The position numbers and the translations under genes were made by a program. A DNA stretch of 54,089 nucleotides, filler included, from Squatina squatina (Eukaryota): NCBI GenBank assembly GCA_031763465.1. It is 3 parts of 3 records of this genome, joined end to end, with 100 filler letters (N's around TTAATTAATTAA, not from the genome) between each part and the next. Parts side by side here need not be neighbours in the genome. Positions count along the whole stretch, not along the records: positions 1 to 24,422 come from JARFOE010000057.1; 2 more parts are not named here. One strand, 5' to 3'. Below, piece after piece: positions 1-13,387 of this stretch. Position 1 is the first letter of the stretch. Every line of letters begins with the position of its first letter. The notes below the pieces were generated by a model that was not told the DNA's origin, did no database searches, and was given only the letters and a program-made list of their open reading frames with translations.

Positions 1-1776
1 ACCCAAGGACATTCTGTCAACCTCACTCTGCACTGCAATGTCGTGGTGGTCTTGGTGTGGGGAGGTGAGGGGGTGTCGTCGGCTGTGGTCCTTCCTACTC
101 ACCATACTTGTCCTTTCGTCTTTACTGCCTCTGTTATTACATTATGTGGAGACCTCTTATAACAAGATACTTTGCTTGACCTTCACTACTATACTCATGT
201 CTTCTCTTATTTTTGCCTCACAAGAGGGTGGCACATTATACACATGAATCTCGGGTGGTGGACTTCTAACTTCATATGAGGAAGAAGCACTGGAGCTTCT
301 GGGGAGGCATGATACTGATGCTGTTGGTGAAGAAGAAGTGGAAGGCCCAGTGGCAGCTGTTATCTGTCTTGAGCATCTGTACCTTCCCTGTTTCATGGAT
401 TAAGAGCACAGACACATATGCAAACAACCTGCATCTGCTCATTCACATACTACACACCGCTGCCTATCACATTAGCTGCCGAATAGTCTAACGTCTCATT
501 ATTTTCTTTTCCTGTGGATGAAATACAGCAAGATACAGAATATACTGCTGAGGAGGAGGAGGAAGTAAGTGGGGAAGAAAATCAAACTTCTATGAAACCC
601 GCCACATCCTCACTCATGCATCATTGACCCTTTTTCTTCCATCCATCAGCCCAAGAAATCCACCAGGGATGGCATTAACTACTGGCATCAGAGCATGACG
701 TGAATGATTCCAACCATATTTTGGAGAATTGGAGGGATCAATTTCTCAAAGGATCCAGACTGTCTTTTTACAGGGTTTGTAGGATTTAACTGTGCCCATT
801 AGGTTGCTCCTCCCACTGATCAGTGGGCAGTCAGCATTGCTGAAGTCCACCCTCAAGATGCACCGCTCACTCTGGGTGGCAGCATATCTGAGCACTGGTC
901 CCATTCGGCCCTTCTGCCACGTTGGGGCCAAGGAAACACCTGGTCTGGGAGTCTACTTTCCTGGTGATGCCCNNNNNNNNNNGACCTTGTGTCTCAGGGG
1001 CCAGCTGGATACTTCTCTATCTGGGAGAGCATTGAGGCAGCTGCTAGCAAATTTTGAATTGATGCATTATTCTATGATGCTGTTGCTATACCACCTGGAC
1101 ATCTAATGAATGAAATATTTTGGATTTGCAGAAATTAACTAAGGGATGAGTTGCTGCTGGTTTTTGCCCTTTGCACCCTGGCAAAGGCAGTAAAATTAAA
1201 AAAAACATACCAACAAATGAGGGGAGATTTCTCCTATGCATTGTGCAACAACCCATTAATAAAGAATGTGTTTATAATTCCATTGCACATATTGTACGGA
1301 GGAAATCTTCTCCCATTATTAACAAGTTCTTAGTTTACAACTTCAGTGAGCTGTGAGCGTTCAGCCTTTATTCTCACAGTTCTAGAATGTCATTACACCA
1401 GATGGTAGTTATTGAAATGTAAAAAACTACAAATGTTTCAATTCATATTTTCACATAATCACCTCTATTGAGAAAAAAAAGCTGATTTATAGCTTTTTGC
1501 TTCTAATGGAAATGTTCTATAGATTTCTACAAGTAAAAGTGAATGTACATTTGGCCTCGGAGGTACAGTGATTATTATCCATTCTATACTTAATGTCCAT
1601 AGTAATGTTACTCGCTTAAATAAATCACAGTGTTGTACAGGAACAGAAATAATACAAAAACATCAACTGACCCATTNNNNNNNNNNNNNNNNNNNNNNNN
1701 NNNNNNNNNNNNNNNNNNNNNNNNNNNNNNNNNNNNNNNNNNNNNNNNNNNNNNNNNNNNNNNNNNNNNNNNNNNN

Positions 1777-2062
1777 ACCTGGAAGGACCAGGGCAGCAGG
1801 TGTATGGATACACCACCACCTCCAAGTTCCCCTCCAAGTCACACACCATCCTGACTTGGAAATATATCACCGTTCCTTGATTGTCACTGGGTCAAAATCC
1901 TGGAACTCCCTCCCTAACAGCATGTGGGAGTACCTTCACCACACAGACTGCAGATGTTCAAGAAGGTAGCTCACTACCCTTTCTCAAGGGCAATTAGGGA
2001 TGGGCAATAAATGCTGGCCTTGCCAGCAATGTCCACATCCCATGAATGACTAAAGAAAAAAG
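1777..2062 (+). mobile_element. 3' end of a non-LTR retrotransposon (CR1/L2 group)
   Basis: ORF2 C-terminus-like ..GSKSWNSLP.., then aataaa and an A-rich tail; second copy at 25078-25292. Confidence 0.7.
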
Positions 2063-3204
2063 CAACTGCCTGTTTGGCTTCAGAATAAGCATGGGCCTAA
2101 TTGATTTCTACTCTCTGCTTGATCAGGACAAAGCTACAGTATTGTCATATTTACTTGTAGTCACCCTCTTATCATGTGCGGCTCTGACTGTGATCATAGA
2201 TCATATCTTTTTCTGAGTCCAACCAAAATTGAAATAGGGAAAATTCCTCAATCCTCAAGCAAGGCAAGGATGGCCAAAGACTCTCCCCTTTTTATTGGAT
2301 TACCAGGTTCACCAGCTAGAAAAGCGGGATTAACTCCAAGGAATCGGACAAGAGGTAAGGCATTAACTAACGCACATTACAAGATGGCATAATAGCTACC
2401 CTTCCACACATTACAACATGGCTTGTTCTGCTCCTACTTACAATATAACTTCATGGTAACACTGCTACATCTTACCTCTCTGACATACTAGGCTATCTAC
2501 TATCTACCATATCAAATAGGATGAAACAAGGGTGGAATTTGTCTGTGCTGAGACCAAGGACTGTTGACTGGAATAGCTTATGAGTATGTTCAAACATTAC
2601 TTTACTCCGGCAAGACTTCCAACCCATGACAAACCATTTCCTTTAGCACTGACCAATCATATTATCCAGTTTTGCTGTTGCCAACAGCCATTCTGGCACT
2701 TGAAGCTGACTGCCCTTAACTAGCTAGCTTCAGATGAATTTTGTATTGACAGAAGGGTCTCTCCTTCCCCCCACTCATCCCCAAATCACAAAAAAAAAGA
2801 CTTAAACTAATGGTTTGGAAATAATGATTACATAGCACATGAAGCAATTTCACCTGAAAAAAAATTTGAAGAAAACAGTTACTGTCAATCAAAATTGACG
2901 GTAGTTTGAGACAGCCACAGCAATTAAGTCTGGCTACTAACTTGGTTACATTGGAAACCTGGTAAGCTTTTTGATCTTGTCATATGAGCAATGCTTATTT
3001 TCATAGCAAATCATTTCATTTTTTTTTTTTAAAAAGGACTAAAACTTGTCTCATACTCCAGTGAGGATTGTAACTGGCTTTAGAAGTGCAACCTTCCAGT
3101 CAGGNNNNNNNNNNNNNNNNNNNNNNNNNNNNNNNNNNNNNNNNNNNNNNNNNNNNNNNNNNNNNNNNNNNNNNNNNNNNNNNNNNNNNNNNNNNNNNNN
3201 NNNN

Positions 3205-3602
3205 CCCTATGCCAGAGCCTTGAGCATATAATCTAGATTGTCACTTCGGTGCAGTATTGAGGGAGTGCTTTACTGTTGGAGGTGCCATCTTTCGGATGAG
3301 ACTTTAAGCTGGGGGTCCTAGGGTGGGCATAAAATTCCCAGAGCACTATTCAAAGTCAAGCAAGGGTGTTTTCCTGGAATCCTGGGAAATATTCATATCT
3401 TAACCAACATCACTAAAAAGTGATTATCTGATCATTTATCTCACTGCTGTTTGTGCGACTTGTTGTGCACAAACTAGCTGCCGCGTTTCCCTACGTTACA
3501 ACAGCGACTACATGTCAAAAGTACTTCATTGGCTGTGAAGCACTTTGGGACATCCTGAGGTTGTGAAAGATGGTATGTAAATATAAGTTTATGCTTGCTT
3601 TC
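3205..3602 (+). mobile_element. SINE with Deu-domain-like core and LINE-derived tail (SacSINE1-like)
   Basis: Core gtgcagtattgagggagtgct...tctttcggatgagac and tail acaacagcgactaca...gtacttcattggctgtgaagcactttggga; related copies elsewhere in the window; family name from recall. Confidence 0.7.
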
Positions 3603-5689
3603 TACAGTGTTGATACAACCGATGGTGCCTTTGCTAGCTCAGCCATTGGATGAGGTGTTCAATTAATGTATCTATTACATTAAGTGATTAAGTGAAACTA
3701 TGAACCACAATACGATGCAATAATTCACTCGAGGTCCCTGCAGTGATTGCCTTTATCAGTACATTTTATTAATAGTCTGCGTTTCGTTTCTCAGAGTAAA
3801 TGTAGTGAAAACAATTATGCAAAAAACTCAACAGAGGTTATTTAAGATTGTGTATTTTAGAAGATTTAGCCAGAGATCAAACAAACTTCAGTTGCAATCC
3901 AATTTACTGCTCTAACTGCTGAACATGAGAAATATTTTAATTTTGCCACCTTGTTGTTTGGCTGTTGTTTATGTGCAAGAATTACTTCTGAAGAACAGCA
4001 CTCGACTATCAATGACAAAAATTAAGAAGTGATATATTACCTGAGGATTTTAAAAATTCCATACATGTGAATTGTTTTATATTTTTGCATCAAAACATAT
4101 TTTTGATATTGATTTCCTGCCTTAGGCAAGGAGGGTATGAACAATTATCTGGGAAGGGGAAGAAAATGTAAATTGGCAAGGTTGCACAGTGCCAGAAAGA
4201 ATTTGAGCTGTCAGTTGGTAAACCATGGAGCAAGGTGGGGCATGTGCCAGGTGTCAGTGTGGGAATGAATGGCCCAATTTAGATCCATTATTCTTTTGTA
4301 TATGACTAATCCTGCTATTTTATCTGTAATAAGTACCTGTCGCAGCAGCAGCATTTTATGTTAACAGTTTTATTTTAATTGCAAATGAGCCTTATAGCAT
4401 AGTTTTGCTTTCAAATGGTACGATGTTGATGCTCAAGAATTTAAATTTGAACCAGCTTCCACCCAGTTCTGCAGGACATTTCCATGCAACTGCTCTTTTT
4501 TTTGCTGCAGCTGTGATAGATGGCCTTATTTTACTCCTATTACTTGAAGNNNNNNNNNNNNNNNNNNNNNNNNNNNNNNNNNNNNNNNNNNNNNNNNNNN
4601 NNNNNNNNNNNNNNNNNNNNNNNNNNNNNNNNNNNNNNNNNNNNNNNNNCATAGTCATGTGGATTCCAGCCAGTTGGCTCACAGTAGTACAATTCCCCAG
4701 TGTTGAAACAAAAGAAGCTGTGGTGGCGTTAGCATTAAAATTTGGAGAGTGGATTCCCTTACATTAAACACAGAGATATATCAGTCACAAAATTGTCTTT
4801 AATTGACTCTGAAAAACAAGAAAATGTCTATATGAAGTGATGAATAGGTTACTTTGTGAAGACCCGCAGTAAGCCATCAGTACATTTCTAGTATAAAACT
4901 GATCACATCTTTCAGCATTTGGTTTTCGGTGATATCTATTTAGTTGGTCTGCGGGCCATCCATTAACAGTGGGAAATGCTCAGTGGGAGAGCTAGAACAA
5001 AAATGTTTCCAGAAATAATCTCATTGTTTTACAGCGCTTGCAATCATGAACAGTATGGAGTTTAATTATATGTGTGTCACTGAGTTTATGTTATATTTAT
5101 TCAGATAGAACAAGGCAGTATAAAAAGTTAACCTTACCCTAATAAGAAAAAGTTCAAATAACCAGGCAATGTGAAGGGTTAAACATTAGCACTAGTGTCA
5201 TAAAAAGCACTAACTTCATGAAAAAATGTTTGGAAAACTTATTTTTTGAAAAGGAAGAGGAGCTGTGCCATTTATGTCACAGCATCATCAGCACATTAGA
5301 TGCACCAAGGCATTTGATATTGTTTATATTATTCTATCACGTGTATGCAAAAATAATATAAAGGATTATCTAGCCAGTTTTGTTTAACAATCTTCTTTTT
5401 AAGAGAAATTGAATTGCATTTCAAGTTTTCAGTGGTAGAGCAGAATCTCAGAGCCACTTTGTTTTCTAATGGTATATTTTAGCAAGCTGAGTACATATTT
5501 TTGTGTTGCTCCAAATTCCCCTGTCAGCAATATTACATTGCCTTGGGGGAAAAAAATCCTTCTCTCTACCTACAAAGCCCTAATAGGGGTATTCTGAGGT
5601 ATGCAAAGGCCAGTGGAAATATCTAAATGGAGTTGTTCAGCAGTAAAGATTTTGGACATAAAATAGCCCTCCAACACATTCAGAAATGC

Positions 5690-6035
5690 ATTAAAGTAGT
5701 TAGATGAGCAAAGACGAATTTGGAAATGAGGATAAGTACAAATGCCAAACACAACAGCAAGAAATTGTTTCAATATTGTAACAGTGAAACATTAGAAGTG
5801 AGAATGCTGAAGATTGGCAATCAGGCCATAATTGTGGATGAACATAAAATAGTTCATGTACTGTATTTTCTCCAAGTATTCAGTAGGGCAGACACTAGAA
5901 ATGTCCACCACAATTGGAGATAATCCAAGTAGAATTAATAACTGACATCAGAGAGATGGAGGTCCTAGACCAGCTTAAAGGATTCAAAATAGACATATCT
6001 CTGGGGATAGATGTACTTAGCTTAGTGTACTAAAG
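5690..6035 (+). mobile_element. Highly degenerate CR1 ORF2 fragment
   Basis: Broken frames resembling CR1 ORF2 (NSKKLFQY; EVLDQLKGFKIDISLGID, like LKVDKSPGPD). Confidence 0.45.
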
Positions 6036-6244
6036 GTGCTTTTACAATGCAGGAGTGCAGCAGGAGGCAGACACTTAATTCTCCTTCAATTAGTGGTGCT
6101 CTATAGTGGAAAGGAGTTAAGATTATGGGAACTAAATGGATCTTGGATGCATACAAATGTGGGTGTGCAAATGTTTTCTCAAATCAAGAGAGCTGATTTA
6201 CCTGAAGTAAATGTGGGAAGCCAATCTCTGTATTTGTTATATAC

Positions 6245-6345
6245 AGACAAAAATTGCTGGAAAAACTCAGCAGGTCAGGCAGCATCTGTGGAGAGAAAAA
6301 CAGTCAACGTTTCGGGTCGATGACCCTTCGTCAGAACTAAAAAAA
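6245..6345 (-). mobile_element. Penelope-like element terminal repeat fragment
   Basis: gctggaaaaactcagcaggtcaggcagcatctgtggagaga; second copy at 11025-11160; carries a hammerhead motif. Confidence 0.6.
6302..6338 (-). ncRNA. Minimal type I hammerhead ribozyme motif
   Basis: Minus strand reads AGUU-CUGACGA-A-GGGUC-AUC-GACCC-GAAA-C-GUU-GACU: both core boxes, stem II, stem I and palindromic AACGUU. Confidence 0.65.
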
Positions 6346-8639
6346 AAAAGGCAGAAATGCAGCCCCTCCTCTGTATTTGTTACCTGGGTCTCTGCATTAC
6401 ACAGCAGAGTCCGGCAGTGCTACAAAACTGAGTTCCCAACTCTCAGCCCAAAAGCTGGGTAATGCCTCAGAGAATATGCTCTGCCAGAACAGGATCCTGG
6501 AGTAAATGCAAACCTATTAACAGAAAACAAAGTTGAGATTTGTGAGGTGCCGACATTTAGCATGAAGGCGTCATTGAATGCTGGGGCGGTTCCACTAAAT
6601 TAGAAATGAGCTAATATGGTACCCTTTTTTTTAAAAAAAAAAAAGTGCCGAAATAGCAACTGCAGACCTGTTGGACTTGCATCAACGCTAAATAAAATGA
6701 TTTTTCAGGAGTTGAGCATGATTGTTTTATATCTTGCTAACAGCTCTAACTTAGCTTTAGAAGGGGAAGATCCTGCCTGATCAACTTGCTTTATTTTATT
6801 TTGAGGAAGTGACATTCATACTGAAAGGTTTATAACAGTGGCCAAAAAATCGCTGTGCGAAGTCAACGAACGATGCCCGTTGTTAGTTAGACTTGCACTT
6901 GCCTGTTTAATGTCGACGTTATTTTCCTCTGCAAGCTGCTGGAAGTGCGTGATGGAAACAGCGCGGCGCCCTCTACAGGGCATCTGGGATCTGAGTGAAC
7001 AGGGTTAGCAACTGTGTATCTCCTTAACCAATCAGATTGAAGGACTCTGAAATTAACAGTCCAAGGAAGTGTAATTTAAAATGGTAAAATAGCCAAATCA
7101 TGTACAGGAGCAGAAATGGAGAGGGAATGAAAGTTTGAATTGAGAGAAAGAGGCCAAAAAAAAGTTTTTCAAATNNNNNNNNNNNNNNNNNNNNNNNNNN
7201 NNNNNNNNNNNNNNNNNNNNNNNNNNNNNNNNNNNNNNNNNNNNNNNNNNNNNNNNNNNNNNNNNNNNNNNNNNTCCAAAGTTGCTTCAAAGTTCCCTCC
7301 CTGTGTGCACCTTCAAGCTGTTACAGTTTAATTAAGCTGCCAAGTTTTATGACAGAATAAGTGGTTCCTGAACACAGAATAAATTTTGAGGCGACATGCC
7401 CAAGCTGCTTCCGAGTGCACAGGAGCTGCTTTGCAAAGTAAATTTGATCGCGACATTATTTACAGTTACTTTATGACACAACTTTATTGTGTGGGCTTTC
7501 GACTTCCTTTTGCCATAGTTAGTAAAAGGATTGCACTTGCCTTGCTGATTTAATGTTTTAGTCTGGGATAGTGTCTGCCCAACACAGTGGTTTGTAAATT
7601 GGTCAGGGAATGACAGGAAGAGTGACAGCTAAATATCATATAAAACAGCAGAGTAATTTGAGCTTTTAAGTTTTTTGTTTGAAATAATGAATTGTATTTA
7701 TGGAAGTTGTACAAATCTGCTTGTAGGTGCATCATTTGATACAGTGATGATCTTCTGTAATGTTTTCAGAATTTTTTTTTGACATTGTATTTTTGGTTAG
7801 TTACTGGGTAGAAGGTCTTGATTTTGAGCAGTGACATCATCACCATCATGAATTTCAGTTTGTAAGCAGTGGTAAATCATCTTTCTAATGTCCCACTGGA
7901 GTTATCACTGCAGCTTAAGGAAGCAGACAGACTGGCTTAAAAGGAATAGATTACCAAGACTACCGACCTGAGGTCTGGCCAGCCGATTTTCCTCTGTGTA
8001 GCAGTGTTTTAGCCATGCATTCACGTAATAATAATCAGTAAGACCAAATGAGAAAGCAAGTAAATTTGATTTCCTGTTCATTTTTATTTTAAATAAGCTG
8101 GATATTTTTTGAGAGCAGTACATTGAAATTATCCACTTTGGTACCGTCATTTGATTAGAAGCTCTTTACAGATACTCCTCTTTCCTGTGACATTTACATT
8201 TGGGATGGAATCCATTTTCTTTCAAAAATCCCAATTTAAATGTGACCCATTTGTATCTGCCTTTAGTCATATTTCTCCCGGTTAGTCCTTTTTGAATGGT
8301 TGAGGCATCTGGTTCAGCTGTGAAGCAGTTCATAGTTATGCGCTGCTCACCACTTCCGCCAGCTGGGAAGATTCAAGAATAATGAAATGATTACTGAAAG
8401 GATGAGATGGAACACCAAAGTCATCCAGTGCAGCAAACTGAGCTGTATAATCTCAGCTACAGTAAACCTGAACTTCTAATTGTCATCAGGGGCCAGCAAT
8501 AATTTCAATATTCTTTGTAAGATATTGTTCTGGGGAGAANNNNNNNNNNNNNNNNNNNNNNNNNNNNNNNNNNNNNNNNNNNNNNNNNNNNNNNNNNNNN
8601 NNNNNNNNNNNNNNNNNNNNNNNNNNNNNNNNNNNNNNN

Positions 8640-8784
8640 AGATATAGTTCTTAGGGCTGAAGGGTTCAAGGGATATCGGGAGAAAGCAGGAACAGGGTAC
8701 TGAATTTGAATGATCATCCATTATCATATTGAATGGCGGAGCAGGCTCGAAGGGCCGAATGTTCCTATTTTCTATGTTTCTATG
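8640..8784 (+). mobile_element. CR1-type LINE 3' end
   Basis: aagggatatcgggagaaagcagg...gaatggcggagcaggctcgaagggccgaat with a tttctatgtttctatg tail; similar to 12570-12707. Confidence 0.75.
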
Positions 8785-9347
8785 ACCCGCACTGCGCAGC
8801 CGCGACCCCCTTTGCAGCCTATTTGCATCCCGAGGGCGGAATTCACCTGTAGGACATGGCTGCAGCGCCGGGCGGTTGCAGAGACAGCAAAACCTGTCGC
8901 TGCACTGGCCCTCTTAAAAGGGCCTGCGGCTGCCATCTTAGTTTGTCGGCCAACTCTGTTGTCGGCCGAATGATGGCGGCCCATGGCCGGATTGGGCCGC
9001 CATCCCCCGTGGCCCTGNNNNNNNNNNGGCCCTGTTGCTGGTGGCCTCGTGGGGCGCCATCAGAATGGCTGGCGGCCCTCCCCTTTAAGGGAGGCCTGAC
9101 ACTGCTGCTGACATCAGCGTACAGTGAGCCGATGTAAGCGCGCAGTGCAACGACGTGGCGCAAAGTCCACGCCAGCGATGTTCCAGACCGGGCGCCCCAG
9201 TTTCGCTCCGGGGGCGAGGCCGACAGCGATGCGGCTCGCTCCCGCCCGGAACGACTAATTCTGCGGTGGGTAGGGCAGGAGCCGGCACGAGAAATGTCGG
9301 CTCCATCTCTAAGTGCCCCAACGGGGCGCAGATGAATTTCGGCTGCC
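8785..9347. repeat. GC/CpG-rich interspersed repeat (putative non-autonomous DNA transposon)
   Basis: Sharp GC island in AT-rich intron; shares ccctttaagggagg core and aattt..cc terminus with other copies. Confidence 0.5.
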
Positions 9348-11024
9348 TAGTGTGGGTATCATTGTTTTGTATTTAGCCTTGTTTGTGAGTTCATTTGAAA
9401 ATTAGATAAAACTATGGCAGAGGTTTCCTCTGAGAGGTTGGTGTAACAATCATAAACTCATTCTTTAGAAATGTAGTATGATTTTTCTATGTCTAACACA
9501 CAGAGGAAGTCTCCCCTTCTTATTTTATGCAGTTCAGTAATAATGACCTTGGATTAAATGATTAAATATGCAACTCCTAATGATACAGTCACAAAAATAC
9601 GTAATCCATATGTTGAGCCATTTTTGACCATGTATTTATCCATGGTAAAACAGGGAAAATCTTTTTGAATGGTAATGAATTGCACAAGGAAACGTAAAAG
9701 ACCATTTTCCAATATAAATTAATTGGAGGAAGTTTGCAATTGCCATGTGATGAGCCTGTGGTTACACTAATTCACATCAGGTTGCGTAACAGTGTGACTA
9801 TTCAGATAATTAGGAACCATTTCATGAAGGCATCTGCAAACGATTGTGGCACAGGGGAAATCATGTCTGCCCTCAGAACTGTGATATCCTGTAGAATGCA
9901 ACATGTCAGTTTTAATCCATAATACTTGTGTGTAAAAGATGTCACCATGCCACTTTCAATGAGAGCTTTTGCAGACATTACATTTAATCTTGGGTTATAT
10001 AGATGTATAAATTTGAATGTTTAAAAATTTGGATAGATTTTGACAATATTCTGTACAGAACATTTGGAAATGCTGTTTTANNNNNNNNNNNNNNNNNNNN
10101 NNNNNNNNNNNNNNNNNNNNNNNNNNNNNNNNNNNNNNNNNNNNNNNNNNNNNNNNNNNNNNNNNNNNNNNNNNNNNNNNTATTATCAAGCACGTTGCTG
10201 AGACTTCAGCAATGTTAATCTGAGTTTAATGAAGCAAAATAAAGTTAACCACTATTTATAAGTTTTGGAAGCTGGTCAGTGTTGCTTCTTGTAGCGTACC
10301 AAGTCTTCATGTTCACCAGTAAAATATTTCTAGCATAATACCATTGAATGTAACAGGACATTTCATACTTGTGGAAAATATTATCAGAGCTGACTCAGTG
10401 CATTATAAATTTTAATTGTCTGTTTCTTTTCCCATGGAAATACAATATAAAAACAGACAGGTCAGTCTCACCCACTCCTTCCATCAAAATGGTTAGTCAC
10501 AGCAACCAAAGGATGATTGTCTGTTTTCTGACAGAGGTCAACTTTGTTGTTTATCCAGGATGTGATCTTTTAATTTCGTATGCTACATTTTAAGCCAGTA
10601 TGAGTTTCTTTATTGTGGTGATGCACAAGAATGTAAAAATTTCAGCATATGATATCAAGGTATGAAAGGACATTAGGTCACTTGTCAGTGTTACAGGGTT
10701 TCAATTCCTTTGCCAGCTAATAAAACAAATATTCATGTAGTTGTAAAAATTCTAGTGATAACTTGATCTGGTGTGAAAGAAATACATATGACACTGAAAA
10801 ATCCAAAGTATGGATAGCAAAATAGATTTGCATGCTGTCCTTTCACCTTCTGGGACCTGGGTACAAATCTAAGCCAAACTGATGGTCTTATGATGGGACC
10901 ATAAGTGTTTACTGACTACTAGAGTAAACAAATTTCAATAGTCTCTGATCAATTACTAATGGGCATGAACCCATAAGCGCAGAATTTCTCCCGATTTAAG
11001 TGCAAATTAGCATGAAATTAGCAA

Positions 11025-11160
11025 AAGCAGAATACTGCAAATGCTGGAAATCTGAAATAAAAGCAGAAAATTCTGGAAATCTTCAGCAGGTCAGGTAACA
11101 ACTGTGATGAGAGAAAGAGTTAACATTTCAGATCGATGACCTTTCAACAGAACTGGAAAA
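11025..11160 (-). mobile_element. Penelope-like terminal repeat, degenerate copy
   Basis: Collinear with 6245-6340; hammerhead core mutated to CUGUUGA. Confidence 0.6.
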
Positions 11161-11698
11161 AGTTAAGAGATTAAATTAGCAATCTCAGTCCAAGAGCTCA
11201 AAAGGTTTGGTAGTGTGAGAAATGGAGGGGGGAGGGAATCACACTAAATGTCATGTAAGAAGACTTTATTTTATATAGCTGACATTTATCCCAATTACAT
11301 TTTTTTGGCTAGACAACCCAGAAGCTCAAACAGTTGAAGAATTGACTCTCAGCGAGAAGGTCAGGTGGATAAATGCATTGCTGGCAGTCAACTTGGCTCC
11401 CTCAGGTGTTGCAGTTGAAGGAAAGGGCCAAAAATCCACTTTAGCAAACAATATTTATATTTTCATTACCTTTACCATGGCTCTATACCACATATAGGGA
11501 GTTTCATAAATCCTGAACCAGGTAGCTGGATTGAATCTCACATAAAATCAGATATTGGATTTCTGTGTACACATGAACTTGTTAACAACTTAAGTTTTAA
11601 AATTTGTTGGAATGTTTACTTTATAACTTTCAATATTTGGATTTTCACTTTGCTCCGTCGAACACTTGGTTATCTGATCGGTATAAATTGCTTTGCAG

Positions 11699-11993
11699 CT
11701 CCGAACTGATGCAGAAAAGCGTTCCATGGTTGAGAGTGGTCTGACCTGGTACAGTGGCTCTGAAGGTAAAGGTCCGAAGAAGTCTGAGGGTGGCTATGAT
11801 GCCAGCAACCTTAAGATGGATCAAAACACAAAGTGGAGACGTATCCGGACTGAATCAACTGAAGAACCAACAAAAGGGGAACTAAAGAAACCGCAAACAA
11901 CCGGGCAAAGCACTTCACTAAAAAGGGGTGCGGCACCAGTAGGAGTAACGTCTCCAATGACCAGTTCAGGAGCAGGCTCTCTAAAAGTAGCTG
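11699..11993 (+). CDS. NAV1: Neuron navigator 1, internal coding exon (LRTDAEKRSMVESGLTW...SLKVAG)
   Basis: Boundaries ttgcag|CTC and G|gtaagt; translation matches recalled human NAV1 LRTDSEKRSLAESGLSW...SALKVAG. Confidence 0.93.
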
Positions 11994-12129
11994 GTAAGTG
12001 CATGGAATAGCAATAATGGTTTTCAAAAAAGTACAGGAAATCTTCGACACTTGCATTACAACTCCAAATTAATTGAAGGTATGAATCCACTACATTTGCA
12101 CCTTTGTGCTGTATCCACTGTGACCTTTA

Positions 12130-12707
12130 AAATGTACAAGGCATTAGTAAGACCACATCCAGAGTACTGTTAACAGTTTTGGTCCCCTTATTTAAGGAAA
12201 GATATATTTTCATTGGAGGCGGTTCAGAGAAGGTTCACTTGGATGATCCCAGGTATGGAGGGATTGTCTTGAAAGGTTGAACAGGTTGGGTCTGTACTCA
12301 TTGGAGTTTAGAAGAATGAGAGGCGATCTTCTTGAAACATCTAAGATTCTTGCGGGGCTAGACAGGGTATATGCTGGGAGGATGTTTCCCCTCGTGGGAG
12401 AGTCTAGGACCAGAGGGCATAATCTCAGAATAAGGAGGCCCCCATTTAAGACTGGGATGAGGAAGAAGTTCTTCTCTGAGGGTTGAGTCTTTAGAGTTCC
12501 TTGCCACAGAGAGCTGTGGAAACTGAGTCCTTGAGTGTATTTAAGGCTGAGATAGATAGATTTTAATCAGTAAGGGAATCATGGGTTATGGGGAAAGGGC
12601 AGGAAAGTGAACTTCAGATATGTCGGATCAGCCATGATCTTATTGAATGGCGGAGCTGGCTCTGGCTGAGTGGCCTACTCCTGTTCCTATTTCTTATTTT
12701 CTATTTC
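12130..12707 (+). mobile_element. CR1-type LINE, 5'-truncated (ORF2 C-terminus, 3'UTR and tail)
   Basis: RLGLYSLEFRRMRGDLLE...GESRTRGHNLRIR is typical CR1 ORF2 C-terminus; frameshifted; tttctat repeat tail. Confidence 0.9.
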
Positions 12708-13387
12708 TAAGTTTGAATNNNNNNNNNNTGGAATCATGTCATGGCCTGGTTGAAGGTAATTACCAGTCACTGTCAAGTAAATTGAACTATTTCATTGCTC
12801 TCTTGCTTCTTCCCTAGAAATTCTGCCTTTTTAAAAAAAAACACAATTGTGCATGCTTTAGTAGACTTTAATATGAGGTCTGGAGCATCTCTTTCTTGAT
12901 CACTGTTGTATATTTTAATACACTATTATTATTATGCCAGTATTCAGTGTGAAACATTCCCTAAATTATCACATTGACTTAATTCAAGAACATGTTTTCA
13001 AATTTATGAATTTCTCATACAAAGNNNNNNNNNNNNNNNNNNNNNNNNNNNNNNNNNNNNNNNNNNNNNNNNNNNNNNNNNNNNNNNNNNNNNNNNNNNN
13101 NNNNNNNNNNNNNNNNNNNNNNNNGTTAGTGGCTGCTAACTAACAGAATTCTGAGTTATAAATAGTGTCAGTAAATGAGAATAAAGTTTTGGTGAGGAAG
13201 AACAAAGTTCTTAAACATCTGACAAAAATGTTATATTTTGTTTTCTTCCATCACTGATTTATTTTTGTCAGTCAGCATCTTAGGGACTAACTTGAATAGT
13301 AAATCGAAACACACCATTGCCTGGCAGGAGCAATGTTTTGCCTCTACTTGTTGACTTTAAATTCCTTTTTTTATTTTGCATTTGTAG

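Noticed and set aside
1-1106. Short ORFs and possible transposase remnants at the window start
   Set aside because: No motif I could confidently assign; needs a Dfam or Repbase search
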